Shown here piece after piece: positions 53,968 to 64,000 of a stretch of DNA of 64,000 bases (its first letter is position 1; every line of letters starts with the position of its first letter). Below the pieces are notes generated by a model. The model was not told where the DNA came from and did no database searches. It worked only from the letters and a program-made list of their open reading frames with translations. Origin of the DNA: a virus; the IMG/VR virus record IMGVR_UViG_3300014202_000879, positions 53,889-117,888 of that record; one strand, 5' to 3'. The translations under genes and the position numbers were made by a program.

Positions 53968-55599
53968 ATGAGCAGACTGTTCAGAAAATGTGTGGACCAC
54001 AACACACCTCAGATCAACAAAGACATCACACGGGGCATTGCTTCCAAATTTATGGAGGAGGCATTGCCATACGTGAGGGAGAGTTTTCAGTCTATCTCCA
54101 AAAGCTTCCCACCTTGTTTGAAATTCAAGGACATTGAGTCCTGTACTCCTGCAGAAGAGTTTGCTATCGCATCTAAATTGCGAGACAACAAACGGACCTA
54201 CGACTTAGCCAAATCGACGATCTACATGGTCAAAGTGATCATCGAGTTCGACGGCGAGGAGCTCAAACCCATCTACATGTACATGCCCTATGTGTTAGAA
54301 GGCAACTCACTGGTGCTCAGTGGTGCTTTGTACCACGTGACTCCTGTTTTGTCCGACAAAGTGATCTCGCCTGGTTTCGAGTCTGTGTTCATCAGACTGC
54401 TGCGCGACAAGATCACTGTCAAGCGGATCTACCACACCTGTATGGTGGATGGTATACTGACCAACACCCATGTGGCCTACGTGCGTCTGTATCGCAAACC
54501 CAAAGACATGGTCGAGGTCGCTGCCACCACCAAAGCAGCCACCATCATCAACCATTACCTACTGGCCAAATATGGCATGACAGGTGTCTTCAAGCGGTAT
54601 GGAAAGACCGAGGTGTATGTGGGCAGCAGCGATGACATCAACAATGTCAACTACCCACACGAAGAGTTTGTGATCGTGTCCTCCACCAAGGGCAAACCCA
54701 TCACTTGCAAAGACAATCCTTACACACCCAGCGATATCTGCATAGCGATCCCCAGGAAGAACTGGAACAACACAACCAAAGGGTTGGCTACGGGTCTGTT
54801 TTATGTGATTGACCATTTTCCTAGCCGCTTTAAGCCAACGATCAAGTACATGGACGATATTCCACGGTACCGCCATTTGCTTGGCGAGATCATCAAGAGC
54901 GGCTTGTATGGCCTGGACAAATTGTCCGAGGTCGCTGATGAACACATGCTGAACATCGAAGAAACGATGGATACACGTGTTAGAAAGCAACTCAAAGAAA
55001 TCGGCGTGTCTGTCGAGAACTTCTATGACCTGCTGTTTCACGTGGGTGACAAGTTCAACACTTACGTGATGGATGAAGGCAACACCATCCTGAGCATGCA
55101 TGGCAAGGCACTGGAGGTCGTCTACAACCTGTTGTTTGACATCACCAGCTCCATGGTCACTTCGCTGTTCAAGATCAGCAAGCACCAAGGCAAAAGCAAC
55201 CTGACACCTATGATGGCGTCAGAGATATTCTCCAGAACCATGACCACAGGCAAAGTGTTTGGTCTGGCATCTGGCAAAAACGTCACGGAGCCCATCTCTT
55301 ACTCTGGCGACCATCTGTACCTAAAGCTGGGGTGTAAGATCACGCACCAGGAAAATGTCCCTCGCAAGAAATCGGACGGTGGGAAGAAACCCAGAGCCAC
55401 CGTGGGTGTAGCGCAGCATTTCGATCCGTCGTTTGCTGATTGTGGAAGCATGTTGTTTTTGTCGAAAGAAGACCCAACACCGTCCAAGCACCTAAACCCT
55501 TTTGCAAAGGTGGACATGATGACAGGTACTCTTGTCCCTGATCCAAAATTCAAGAAACTATTTAAAGAGCTTGCACACAAGCTTAAACACGAGGACTGA
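53968..55599 (+). CDS. Non-virion RNA polymerase subunit, beta N-terminal part (phiKZ gp123-like)
   Basis: 543 aa; TPAEEF, YDLAKS, YMPYV...LSGALYHVTPVLSDKVIS and HYLLAKYG motifs typical of gp123 homologues. Confidence 0.8.
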   Translation: MSRLFRKCVDHNTPQINKDITRGIASKFMEEALPYVRESFQSISKSFPPCLKFKDIESCTPAEEFAIASKLRDNKRTYDLAKSTIYMVKVIIEFDGEELKPIYMYMPYVLEGNSLVLSGALYHVTPVLSDKVISPGFESVFIRLLRDKITVKRIYHTCMVDGILTNTHVAYVRLYRKPKDMVEVAATTKAATIINHYLLAKYGMTGVFKRYGKTEVYVGSSDDINNVNYPHEEFVIVSSTKGKPITCKDNPYTPSDICIAIPRKNWNNTTKGLATGLFYVIDHFPSRFKPTIKYMDDIPRYRHLLGEIIKSGLYGLDKLSEVADEHMLNIEETMDTRVRKQLKEIGVSVENFYDLLFHVGDKFNTYVMDEGNTILSMHGKALEVVYNLLFDITSSMVTSLFKISKHQGKSNLTPMMASEIFSRTMTTGKVFGLASGKNVTEPISYSGDHLYLKLGCKITHQENVPRKKSDGGKKPRATVGVAQHFDPSFADCGSMLFLSKEDPTPSKHLNPFAKVDMMTGTLVPDPKFKKLFKELAHKLKHED

Positions 55600-55600
55600 A

Positions 55601-57346
55601 ATGAGTACATTGAGCAACTGCCCTGCGGACCTGAAACCATTTCTGCAGAGGATCATGAACGCGGTGGCTACCGACGTCACGAACCGAGCTCGCAACAACG
55701 GCGCACGCGAGATCATCCACCGAGAGCTCTCGGCCAACGGCTGGAATAACGCTTACATGGAGCTGAGCGTGCGCATGGCCTGCGTCATGGTCACACGCAC
55801 TGTCATTTTGCTGAAGCAGAAGAATCAGCAGATGAGCGAAGAGCAGATCATCAACGATGCGGCGCAAACTGCCAATGCGCTGTTTCTGTCGTTCATCGTC
55901 ATGTCGGAACCTTCGGTGAGCAACATATCGTCACAAGAAGTCCTGCAGTCGTCGCGCAACAATTTCGACGTTGCGCGTGCTATCATCAATGAAGCCAATA
56001 CCATGTTCGGTGTGGGTGGCAACAGTGGTGGGTTCGGTGGATCGTCGCTGATGAATATCGGTGGAGGGGGTGGTATTGGAGGCGCAGTAGGGGTGTCCAA
56101 CAGCCCCTACGCTATCATCGCCAACAGCATGGGGGCCGAAAACAAACCCAGTGGCTTTGGGTTTGGTGGTTCTGTTGTGACGGAGACGCCGCTGAGTCAG
56201 ATCACAAGTATGCTGCCTGGTCTTGCTCAGGACGATCTGAAAGATCACCGTGGTGGTATCGCAAACACCGTGACCACCATCGACCAGGTCAGCACCGGCA
56301 GCAGCCTGCCTATCTTCGGTCAACCGGCCGCTCAAGCAACCCAACAAGCATCCGCTCCCAATTCGACCAAACCTACACAAAAAGTCACCATGAACAACGG
56401 TACCAATGAACTCGATCGTCCTGCTCTGAAAGTCTTCGGGCAGACCATGGATGTGGCTGAGTGTCTGACTGACCTGGAAATCAGTGTGATGGATCTGGCC
56501 AGCAACAAGAAAAACTTGTGTGTCGACCACACAGCACACTGCATCGGCCTGCCATCTGCGGTGAGCACCGCTTTCGCTGCGCACTACAACTACAAGCTGG
56601 GCCGTGCATCGACCCACAAGGTGAACGTCAGCCGGCCGTTTTACGTCACCCCGAGCATGAAGAACTGGCTCGTGACTGTGAAGTCAACGGCAACATCGGC
56701 CAAAGCACTGGAAACCAGCTTGCAACAGACCATGGAACGTGTCTGCAGCAATCGCGACACGGCCAGTGGCACCAAACTGCATACCATCTTGAGCGCTGTG
56801 ACGGTGATCAACAACGTCGCTGCCGACATCCTGCGGTCGGTGACCAAGGCATACTCGCCTGTCCAGGTTAACCTGGACAGCTTCATTGGCGATCTCGATG
56901 ACGCCATGAAGTACATCAGTACCAAAAACTCTGCGTTCTACAAGAACTACGAGATGGATCTGGACTCACGTATCGTCACCGCCATCTCGTTCATCGGCAG
57001 TGACACCAAACCTTTGGTCAGGGTTCAGGGCGATGCTGATGAATCGGACCGGGTGGAGGTGGCTATCTCGTATCCGGTCTCTATCACCACCATCGATCTG
57101 ACGGCCTCGGAGCTGGGTTACAACCTGCCTTTGCTGGGACCCAAGCGTCAGATCGATGCATCTACGACACCCGTCTTGTTCAAACTGGTGCGCGCTGTCA
57201 ATGCAGCCAAATCGCCTCGTGAAGAAAAAACCATGGGCGATACAGTGTTCGACTACATCGCTACTTCCGACGGTGTTATCTACGAGTTCGACACGATCCT
57301 GACGCCCGAGGGCGAAGCCAATCGCTTCATTCGCCGGGTGATCTAA
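55601..57346 (+). CDS. Conserved hypothetical protein with Gly/FG-rich central linker
   Basis: ATG 55601 after GAGG; N-terminal S.NGWNN motif; follows the gp123-like gene. Confidence 0.65.
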   Translation: MSTLSNCPADLKPFLQRIMNAVATDVTNRARNNGAREIIHRELSANGWNNAYMELSVRMACVMVTRTVILLKQKNQQMSEEQIINDAAQTANALFLSFIVMSEPSVSNISSQEVLQSSRNNFDVARAIINEANTMFGVGGNSGGFGGSSLMNIGGGGGIGGAVGVSNSPYAIIANSMGAENKPSGFGFGGSVVTETPLSQITSMLPGLAQDDLKDHRGGIANTVTTIDQVSTGSSLPIFGQPAAQATQQASAPNSTKPTQKVTMNNGTNELDRPALKVFGQTMDVAECLTDLEISVMDLASNKKNLCVDHTAHCIGLPSAVSTAFAAHYNYKLGRASTHKVNVSRPFYVTPSMKNWLVTVKSTATSAKALETSLQQTMERVCSNRDTASGTKLHTILSAVTVINNVAADILRSVTKAYSPVQVNLDSFIGDLDDAMKYISTKNSAFYKNYEMDLDSRIVTAISFIGSDTKPLVRVQGDADESDRVEVAISYPVSITTIDLTASELGYNLPLLGPKRQIDASTTPVLFKLVRAVNAAKSPREEKTMGDTVFDYIATSDGVIYEFDTILTPEGEANRFIRRVI

Positions 57347-57347
57347 A

Positions 57348-57421
57348 TCCAGCATACACTCCACCCCAACAGCTACAACAGGCTGTTGGGGTGGAGTGTA
57401 TGCTGGAGTGTTTTTTTTTTT
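57348..57421 (+). terminator. Perfect 26-bp inverted repeat with T-run, between convergent genes
   Basis: TCCAGCATACACTCCACCCCAACAGC (57348-57373) / exact reverse complement (57382-57407), then T11. Confidence 0.85.
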
Positions 57422-57423
57422 GC

Positions 57424-60066
57424 TTAGAGAGCAGGTAGACCGTCGGCATTGCTGCCATCGGCTGTCTCGATGCCTGTGGCTTCTTGTGTAGCAGGACCCA
57501 CAGACGAGAACTCACCTTCCTCACCACCCTCAGGAGAAGCCGATGCATCGGGAGCTGGATTCGTCATTTTGTTGACTTTCTCCATATCCAAGGCTGTCGC
57601 CAGCCTCAGTGGCACGTAGTTTTTATGGAAGTCGATGACACTGGCAGCCAGCATCTCAAAGTGAGATTTGTATTCTTCTGCCAGGTTCAGTGTAGGTTGG
57701 CTCTCTTCGTTGGTGGAGATGATCTTGAACAGTTCAGGCAGACTGTTGTTACCCACCAAAAACTCACGCAGCAAATAGTTCTTGTAAGCCGACTTGAGCA
57801 TATCGATTTTGTTTGCCCAGTCACCAAGCATGTCAGCAGGCAAGAACTCACTGGAGATGACCGTATCAATGGCTTTGTCAATGAAGCCCGAGTATTCGTT
57901 AAAGGACTCGGACTGAGACTTGATGGTTGTCTCTGACGGCGTAGGTAGCTTGACTTCTTGGTTAAGCAGAAAAGCCTCGTACATGTTCTCCCAGAACATG
58001 GCTTCGTTTTGCTCAATGAGCACCTTGGCTTCGTCATCCAGCCGATGCACGATATCGGCTTTGTTGGTTCGGAAGATCTCAAGGACCTCGTCTTTCATAC
58101 CGGGGTCGTACCGCATCATCTTGCGATGGAAATCGGTCATCAAAGGACACAATGCGTCTTGAATGACCTGCACGCGTTTAGCGAACATGATGCTGTTGTT
58201 GGAGACCGTCACCGCAAAGTTAGATCCACGGCTGTCGTCGATTTGCTCTGGCGTCAGACCAAAAGCCAAGAATGTTTGTACACGAAGCATCTCGTCGAGG
58301 TCGTCTTCTGGGGACACGCTCTTGACGCCAGCGTCGCTGGTGAACTCATAAGACACATCTGGGATAGCTGGATGGTTCTCAAAGCTGAGCTGAATACCTG
58401 CAGACTGCACCCACCGTGCCAGCTCTGGCATAGAGTTCGTACCAAAGGGCATGACGTTGGTCATCATGTCCATGATCTGACTGACCGATTCTGCAATATG
58501 ACCTTCTGGATCTGGATCACGTGGATCGAGTTTGAGCTTCACATTGCGGGCATTGATACTGTTACGCACCCTGGCCATGATCCTGGCAAACAAGATGATG
58601 CCACGAATAGAAGTCAGCATCTTGACTTCGTCCAGGTAGCTCAGACCGATACCATTGACATCGTATTTGATGGCATAGTAGGTGATCAGCTCTTTGGGCA
58701 CGTACACCAAGCGTGTGAATTTGCCCGAGAGGATACGGAACAGCATCACCCGGGAAGCATCTTCGGACAGCTTGACATCCAGATCGCGCTTGTAGCGACC
58801 ATGGCGCAGCTTCTCCACAATGTTCTTCTCCACCAGCGTGGATGTGAACTTCGTGACATGAGCCAGTGTGAGCTTCTTGTTGTCGCCAACGATTTGGCCA
58901 GCTGCTCGGTTAAGCAGCCCACCGGCCAGATTCTCAGAGTTCTTCTGATCTGCTAGCAGTGTGGTGATGGTATCGGCGGATGTGAGTAGAGAGGTTTCTG
59001 AGACAAAGCTGCCATCGGCATCCACCATCAGAATGTAGCCCTCGGCTTCATTTTCTCTGCCTGGAATACACACAGGGATACAGCCCCGTGGGTGGATCTT
59101 CATCACCAGGGGACTGGTGGCTGATTTTCTTTTGGCGTTGCTCGGATCACCAATCGTGATGGTGGTCTGAACCTTCTGATTGTTGCCTTTGAACACCAAG
59201 TTCTTGAACTCTTTGTGAGGAATCACCGTATTCCTGGCCCCACGAGCACCGTCTTGGATGCTTTCTGTCACCAGCCTGGACGTCATGGCAGACGTGATGG
59301 CTGGAATCTTCAGAATGTTGTAGTTGTCGTTGAGCTCCACCAAGCCCTCAAAGACAGGTACACGTTTGCCTTCCACCACGTCGTACATCAATGGATCGTA
59401 CGAAGGAGCCGCTGGTGCCTGAAGCAAAGATTCCAGCGCCAGCCTGGGTGTCTTACCCTCCTTGGGTGCGTCACCAAAGAAACCCAAGGGCGCAATCTTG
59501 ACAGGATCGCTGAGCGACTTCCTGGGTGAGAACAAAGGCGATGCCGATTCCAGCGACAGCGTTGATCCGCCGTTGATGATTTCATCCAGCAGGTTTTCTG
59601 GCAAGATAAGGTTGATGTGAGAGCCCTGATCAAACGTAACATTTCGGATGATGTCAGGCAACTCAGCTTTCAGATCGTATTTTTTCGTGAAATACGACTC
59701 AATGGCTTGAGTCAGTTTGGTTTGCACCGCAGGCGGAAACATGCTTTCCACGGGCTTAAAGTGCAGCTCCTTGGTCAACATATCCTTTGGCGACTGGACA
59801 GATGCCACGATGATCTGTTTGGCCAGCTCGATTTCAGGAAACAGACTCAGTATGTTTTCGTTGTCCTTGAGGCGGTTCTTTACCCAATCGGAGATCTTGA
59901 TGATCTCTCCGCGATCGAGATAAAAACCAGTGCCCCTTTGCTGCATATCCAGCTCGATGGGGTCTTTGGTGACAACGAGCTTGCTCATAGCGGAAGCAAG
60001 CTCAGGCGACCTCACAACAAGGTTTGAGGCGGTCAAAGGCGATGAATTACCATTTTGTGGCGTCAT
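57424..60066 (-). CDS. Portal protein (phiKZ gp129-like)
   Basis: 880 aa; ILSLFPEIELAKQIIVASVQSPKDM, GIGLS and LDPRDPDP motifs; LSLE/LALE processing sites; opposite-strand position as in phiKZ. Confidence 0.75.
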   Translation of the reverse strand: MTPQNGNSSPLTASNLVVRSPELASAMSKLVVTKDPIELDMQQRGTGFYLDRGEIIKISDWVKNRLKDNENILSLFPEIELAKQIIVASVQSPKDMLTKELHFKPVESMFPPAVQTKLTQAIESYFTKKYDLKAELPDIIRNVTFDQGSHINLILPENLLDEIINGGSTLSLESASPLFSPRKSLSDPVKIAPLGFFGDAPKEGKTPRLALESLLQAPAAPSYDPLMYDVVEGKRVPVFEGLVELNDNYNILKIPAITSAMTSRLVTESIQDGARGARNTVIPHKEFKNLVFKGNNQKVQTTITIGDPSNAKRKSATSPLVMKIHPRGCIPVCIPGRENEAEGYILMVDADGSFVSETSLLTSADTITTLLADQKNSENLAGGLLNRAAGQIVGDNKKLTLAHVTKFTSTLVEKNIVEKLRHGRYKRDLDVKLSEDASRVMLFRILSGKFTRLVYVPKELITYYAIKYDVNGIGLSYLDEVKMLTSIRGIILFARIMARVRNSINARNVKLKLDPRDPDPEGHIAESVSQIMDMMTNVMPFGTNSMPELARWVQSAGIQLSFENHPAIPDVSYEFTSDAGVKSVSPEDDLDEMLRVQTFLAFGLTPEQIDDSRGSNFAVTVSNNSIMFAKRVQVIQDALCPLMTDFHRKMMRYDPGMKDEVLEIFRTNKADIVHRLDDEAKVLIEQNEAMFWENMYEAFLLNQEVKLPTPSETTIKSQSESFNEYSGFIDKAIDTVISSEFLPADMLGDWANKIDMLKSAYKNYLLREFLVGNNSLPELFKIISTNEESQPTLNLAEEYKSHFEMLAASVIDFHKNYVPLRLATALDMEKVNKMTNPAPDASASPEGGEEGEFSSVGPATQEATGIETADGSNADGLPAL

Positions 60067-60156
60067 TGGGTAGCTCCTATCGTTGGATGGCTGGTGGGTA
60101 TTGAAGGTGCCTTAGGCACCTGGCTTAATTTCATTCTATTTTCAAAGAGGCAATGT

Positions 60157-62424
60157 ATGTCGATTTCGTTGGTTTACGAACACCCCAATACGGTCATCAA
60201 AGACTATCTGACTGATTGCATGCGGTTGATTTCTTCTATTCGCATCAAGTGTCATGACGCAGCCAAACTTGCAGCAGATCTGGATCTGGAGAATGGCATC
60301 AGTGTGGACAAGGAACTTCCCTCCACATGGCGGTATTACAAGGAAATGCTGGGCGTGGGCACTGGCTCCACCATCGAGGTGAAGTCACTGGACAAGCGGC
60401 AAGACATTTTCTTTACGAGAGAGATGCTAGCAGGTCATCCTAAGACAAGAGACGCGTACCGGGCAGGCACTGTTTTGCTCAGAGATCTGCTCGACACCCA
60501 TACCCATGAGCAAAGTCTGATCATGGGTAACTTGTATCCGGCATACTCATCAAAATATCCAACCACAGACTCTTTGTATCAGGCACCTGATTTCACGATA
60601 GTGGCCCACGATACCGAGTTGGTAGAACCCCATGAGGACGAACTCATGTCCACATTACAAGAAGCTCTGTACCGTTTCTGCACCAGAAACTACAACAAGT
60701 TCTATACCCCCAGCAACCGTCTGTACTTGCCTGGCTTCTACGCCATCATCACGCAGTTCTTGCTGACCAAGTTGCTGGCTATCCGGCAAGAGAATTGCAA
60801 GACCATGAAGGTGCATTCTTTTCACCTGAAAATGTACTTGGCTGGCTTCTACCAGCTTGACAGGTATCTGCCTTACATGACCAGAAAACAAGCTTTGTTT
60901 CTCTACAGAAACATCGAGTACCTCAGCAGAAACGTAGGGAAGTCTGAGATATTTCACTTGCTCAAAGACGAGCTTTTGACCAGCCGCAACATTCCTCTAA
61001 GCCGGATGAGCGTGCGTCATGCGGGTGACATCGACGATAACGGTGTGACTGACTTGCGTGTTAGAAGCACACCCATCAACAGCGTAGCCAACATGGCCAC
61101 GGAATACCTTACGATGGACGATCTGGCGCGTATTGAATCGGCTGATTCGGAACCCAACAAACTCTTCTACGAAGAAGAAGCCAGACGTGTCAAAGAAGAC
61201 TTTGCTTTCACGTTGTCGTCGGTGACACAGACCAAGCTGCATATGTCTGTGGTCTATGATCTGACCAATCTGTTTGAGAGAAACAGGGACGAGACCTACC
61301 TTAGACAGTGGGTGGCTTGGTCGTTTCAGTCCGAAACAGGCGAAGGTCCTTACTACGAGCCTGATGTCATTGTATCATACACCGATCCACGCGACGGTGT
61401 ACTGTATGAAATAGATCCCAAGGTGGCTTTCACCTACATGCTTTTGCTACACAACAAAAGGAATGGGGTCGAGTACGAGAGTTTGCTCAGGATAGAAAAC
61501 TTTGACCACTACGCTACAACATGTCCTACGCTGGAGGAATGTCTTTATGGCGTGATGGATACAACCACCAACCGTGCTTTTGCACAGGATCTGATCGACA
61601 GGTTTGTGTATGTGGACGTGGTGACATCACCAGCACAGTTCAGTACACTGGCAGATGAGATCTTCAACTTTGATGTGTATGCACAAAGAAAGATCCACTC
61701 GGACGCATCGCCAGACATCCAGTCGCAACTCAGGACTGTTCTGAGTCGCTTCTACAAAAGGGACAACTACAGGTACTCGATGGGTTCCGATACGCTGGTC
61801 AGCGCCTTCTTGTCAGACAATGGAATTCGTGAAGATCTGGAGATGACCAACGAGCAGTATGGTGACTTGATGGACAGCCTGATGAAATCTTCTACGGGTT
61901 ACTACGAGGACGAATACACCAAGCTGTCCAATGTCCAGAAAGCCATGATCAAGGTTTTTGGCATCCTCAGCAGCTATACCACCAAGTTCATCATGGACAC
62001 CAACGAACAAGATATCGTTGCGATAAATGTGGGTGTGCCCAGCATCGAAAACAAGATAGTCTATGTCACCAATGTGGTCCAGGATGCTTTTGTAGGCATC
62101 GACGATCTTGAGCTTGTTCTCCATGGTGCGGTGGAGGTGTTCCCTATGGAGATGGCTTCACCCGAGTACAGCGACATTCGTGTAAACGACCGTGTTTTGT
62201 TTCAGATGGATATCAACAACGGAGATGTTGGGTATTTCGACGGTATGAATATAGACATGCATGTAAATTCCATGGCTCCAGAACAGTTGCTGACACCAAC
62301 CACGGTGGAAGTACAGTATCCAGGTATGGATGAAACTGTTATGGAAGAGTTTGGGGTTATCGGATACGAGTTGTTCGAAGCTCTGTCCGAAGAAGATAAA
62401 CGATCATTGAAATTTCCTTCCTAA
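60157..62424 (+). CDS. Conserved virion structural protein
   Basis: ATG 60157; TWRYY, HSFHLKMYL and LFLYRNIEYL motifs of a chimallivirus core family. Confidence 0.65.
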   Translation: MSISLVYEHPNTVIKDYLTDCMRLISSIRIKCHDAAKLAADLDLENGISVDKELPSTWRYYKEMLGVGTGSTIEVKSLDKRQDIFFTREMLAGHPKTRDAYRAGTVLLRDLLDTHTHEQSLIMGNLYPAYSSKYPTTDSLYQAPDFTIVAHDTELVEPHEDELMSTLQEALYRFCTRNYNKFYTPSNRLYLPGFYAIITQFLLTKLLAIRQENCKTMKVHSFHLKMYLAGFYQLDRYLPYMTRKQALFLYRNIEYLSRNVGKSEIFHLLKDELLTSRNIPLSRMSVRHAGDIDDNGVTDLRVRSTPINSVANMATEYLTMDDLARIESADSEPNKLFYEEEARRVKEDFAFTLSSVTQTKLHMSVVYDLTNLFERNRDETYLRQWVAWSFQSETGEGPYYEPDVIVSYTDPRDGVLYEIDPKVAFTYMLLLHNKRNGVEYESLLRIENFDHYATTCPTLEECLYGVMDTTTNRAFAQDLIDRFVYVDVVTSPAQFSTLADEIFNFDVYAQRKIHSDASPDIQSQLRTVLSRFYKRDNYRYSMGSDTLVSAFLSDNGIREDLEMTNEQYGDLMDSLMKSSTGYYEDEYTKLSNVQKAMIKVFGILSSYTTKFIMDTNEQDIVAINVGVPSIENKIVYVTNVVQDAFVGIDDLELVLHGAVEVFPMEMASPEYSDIRVNDRVLFQMDINNGDVGYFDGMNIDMHVNSMAPEQLLTPTTVEVQYPGMDETVMEEFGVIGYELFEALSEEDKRSLKFPS

Positions 62425-62435
62425 AGTGAGAAAAC

Positions 62436-63287
62436 ATGGCAACACGACACGCTCAAGGTAATCTGGTACTCTTGCACCAGTATTTCGGCAAACCCATCAC
62501 AGTGGCTATGCCGTACTCTACGCTGAACCAGCGCTTCGATATCGAAGCAGCCACAGCTTTGCTGCCTGGTGAATCCATCACCACCCAATACGTGGCCATC
62601 GGCAACGGTGGCGCGTTCTCCTCTGTGAATGCACAAGGTGCGATGAAGCTCACCAGCAGCCAACACCTGACGTCTCATTCGGGACTGTACAACCAACTGC
62701 CCTATGTGGTGCGGGACATCGCCAACGATCTCTCGCCCATTGAACGCGCCAAGTACCGCATGCGTGTGCCTTTCACCAAAGGTGGTGCCAGCAAGGTGGC
62801 GTACTACCTCAAGAAGGTGGACCTTAGCCTGGTGACCACACCCATGCTGGAGCAGCGCGAAATCGTCTCCTCGGGCGGCGTGACCTCGGTGGATGTGACT
62901 CCGTTCAACCATGTGCAAAACGACTTGGTGCCCACGGCAGTGCAGCTCACCAACACCCAGGCCATGCAAGTCGGCGCGAAATACATCGCTGCGTCATGCA
63001 TGGTGCCGTTCGAGTTGACGGCAGAAGAGTACACGGAATTCAGCAATGCTTGTGCGGTCATGTTCGATGACACCGGCTACGACTCGATTACCGATGTGGC
63101 TTTGGTCTCTGGCGTGGACCGCGTGATCACCAACCTGTCCGGTGTGACCTATACCGAAGCCATCCAGGCTCGTGTGATGAGCTCATACCCGTCCGTACTG
63201 ACACCCACCATTTTGTCGGGTGGCTTCAGCATGGACCTCAAGGTGTCCGTGGTGGACGGCATGCTCGAAATCGTCGATCTGTCGTAA
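62436..63287 (+). CDS. Conserved virion structural protein (gp139-like)
   Basis: 283 aa; STLNQRF, YVAIGNGG and LPYVVR...DL...RAKYRMR...AYYLK motifs. Confidence 0.65.
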   Translation: MATRHAQGNLVLLHQYFGKPITVAMPYSTLNQRFDIEAATALLPGESITTQYVAIGNGGAFSSVNAQGAMKLTSSQHLTSHSGLYNQLPYVVRDIANDLSPIERAKYRMRVPFTKGGASKVAYYLKKVDLSLVTTPMLEQREIVSSGGVTSVDVTPFNHVQNDLVPTAVQLTNTQAMQVGAKYIAASCMVPFELTAEEYTEFSNACAVMFDDTGYDSITDVALVSGVDRVITNLSGVTYTEAIQARVMSSYPSVLTPTILSGGFSMDLKVSVVDGMLEIVDLS

Positions 63288-63877
63288 TGCCTATTGTTCT
63301 CGGTGATGGAGATCAGACTTACAAACTGATCTCCATCGATCCAGGTACGTACTACATGGGTGTCTGTGTCTACGAGGTTCGGTTTCGGGACAGGGCGGTC
63401 ATGTCAGTACAGGCGTTCGACTGGGTCATCGACAAGATGGACGACATCACCGAGATCGATACAGGCAACATACCTATGCCTCTGTGGAGGCTGCGTATGG
63501 TCAAAGAGCACTTTAAGAGGTTTCTACCACAGCACCAGCCATCTGCTCTGGTGTGCGAGCAGCCTTTCTTCAATCCAGGCAAACCCAATGCCTTTGGGGC
63601 ACTGGTCAAAGTCTTGGCTGTGGTTCAGAATGAAGCTTTGGACTACAACCATGAGATAGATATTCGGCAGATATCTCCCTTCGAAGTCAAGAAAACCATT
63701 GGTGCTTCCTTGAGTTCAGACAAAGAAACGGTGAAGGCTGCCGTATTGCTCAAGCCAGAGCTGGTTAAGTTCGTCAACGAAGAACAGCTGGACAAACTGG
63801 GTAAAGACGCCATAGACGCTATCGCTATTGGCTACACACACATTGAAGAATCCAGGAAATACCTACAATCACTTTAG
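63287..63877 (+). CDS. ruvC: RuvC-like Holliday junction resolvase
   Basis: ISIDPGT, LVCEQPF, SPFEVKK, DKETV and DAIDAIAIG match RuvC motifs. Confidence 0.85.
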   Translation: MPIVLGDGDQTYKLISIDPGTYYMGVCVYEVRFRDRAVMSVQAFDWVIDKMDDITEIDTGNIPMPLWRLRMVKEHFKRFLPQHQPSALVCEQPFFNPGKPNAFGALVKVLAVVQNEALDYNHEIDIRQISPFEVKKTIGASLSSDKETVKAAVLLKPELVKFVNEEQLDKLGKDAIDAIAIGYTHIEESRKYLQSL

Positions 63878-63887
63878 GAGAAATCGC

Positions 63888-64000
63888 ATGAAATTAAACT
63901 CCGTTATCTATCTGCTGGCACTCTCTTTGTTCATTGGAACAGGTGCCTATCTGAAAAACATCTACGATGAGAAAGTAGAGTTGGAAACCAGCTACAGCAA
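63888..64000 (+). CDS. 3'-truncated protein with N-terminal transmembrane helix (possible inner spanin)
   Basis: AGGAG then ATG 63888: MKLNSVIYLLALSLFIGTGAYLKNIYDEKVELETSYS... Confidence 0.5.
   Translation, partial: MKLNSVIYLLALSLFIGTGAYLKNIYDEKVELETSYS

Overview
The window is a 64-kb segment of a phiKZ-like (nucleus-forming, Chimalliviridae-type) jumbo phage genome. It holds a core virion block resembling phiKZ gp84-gp101 (1-21049) and an A/T-richer tail-fibre/appendage module with tandem paralogues (21205-28780). Next come a holin plus lytic transglycosylase pair and an accessory early region (30015-42070) with thymidylate synthase, a Nudix hydrolase, a DUF1874/AcrIII-1-like ring nuclease and several paralogous unknowns. 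The rest contains a DnaB-like helicase, the major capsid protein, class Ia ribonucleotide reductase, a non-virion RNA polymerase subunit, the portal and a RuvC resolvase. phiKZ gene-number correspondences come from recalled motifs and synteny, not from a database search. Main observations: (1) an AcrIII-1-like anti-type III CRISPR gene in a phage class known to be vulnerable to RNA-targeting CRISPR; (2) a ~450-nt hairpin-dense candidate ncRNA directly behind it in the same promoter-to-terminator unit; (3) seven copies of a 17-bp promoter-like motif (YATATACYTNAAYTGAC), each followed by a stem-loop, two lying in a ~115-bp duplicated promoter-leader-RBS-start cassette reminiscent of T4-type PeSL mobile regulatory cassettes. 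No tRNA, rRNA, CRISPR array, intron or IS element was seen.
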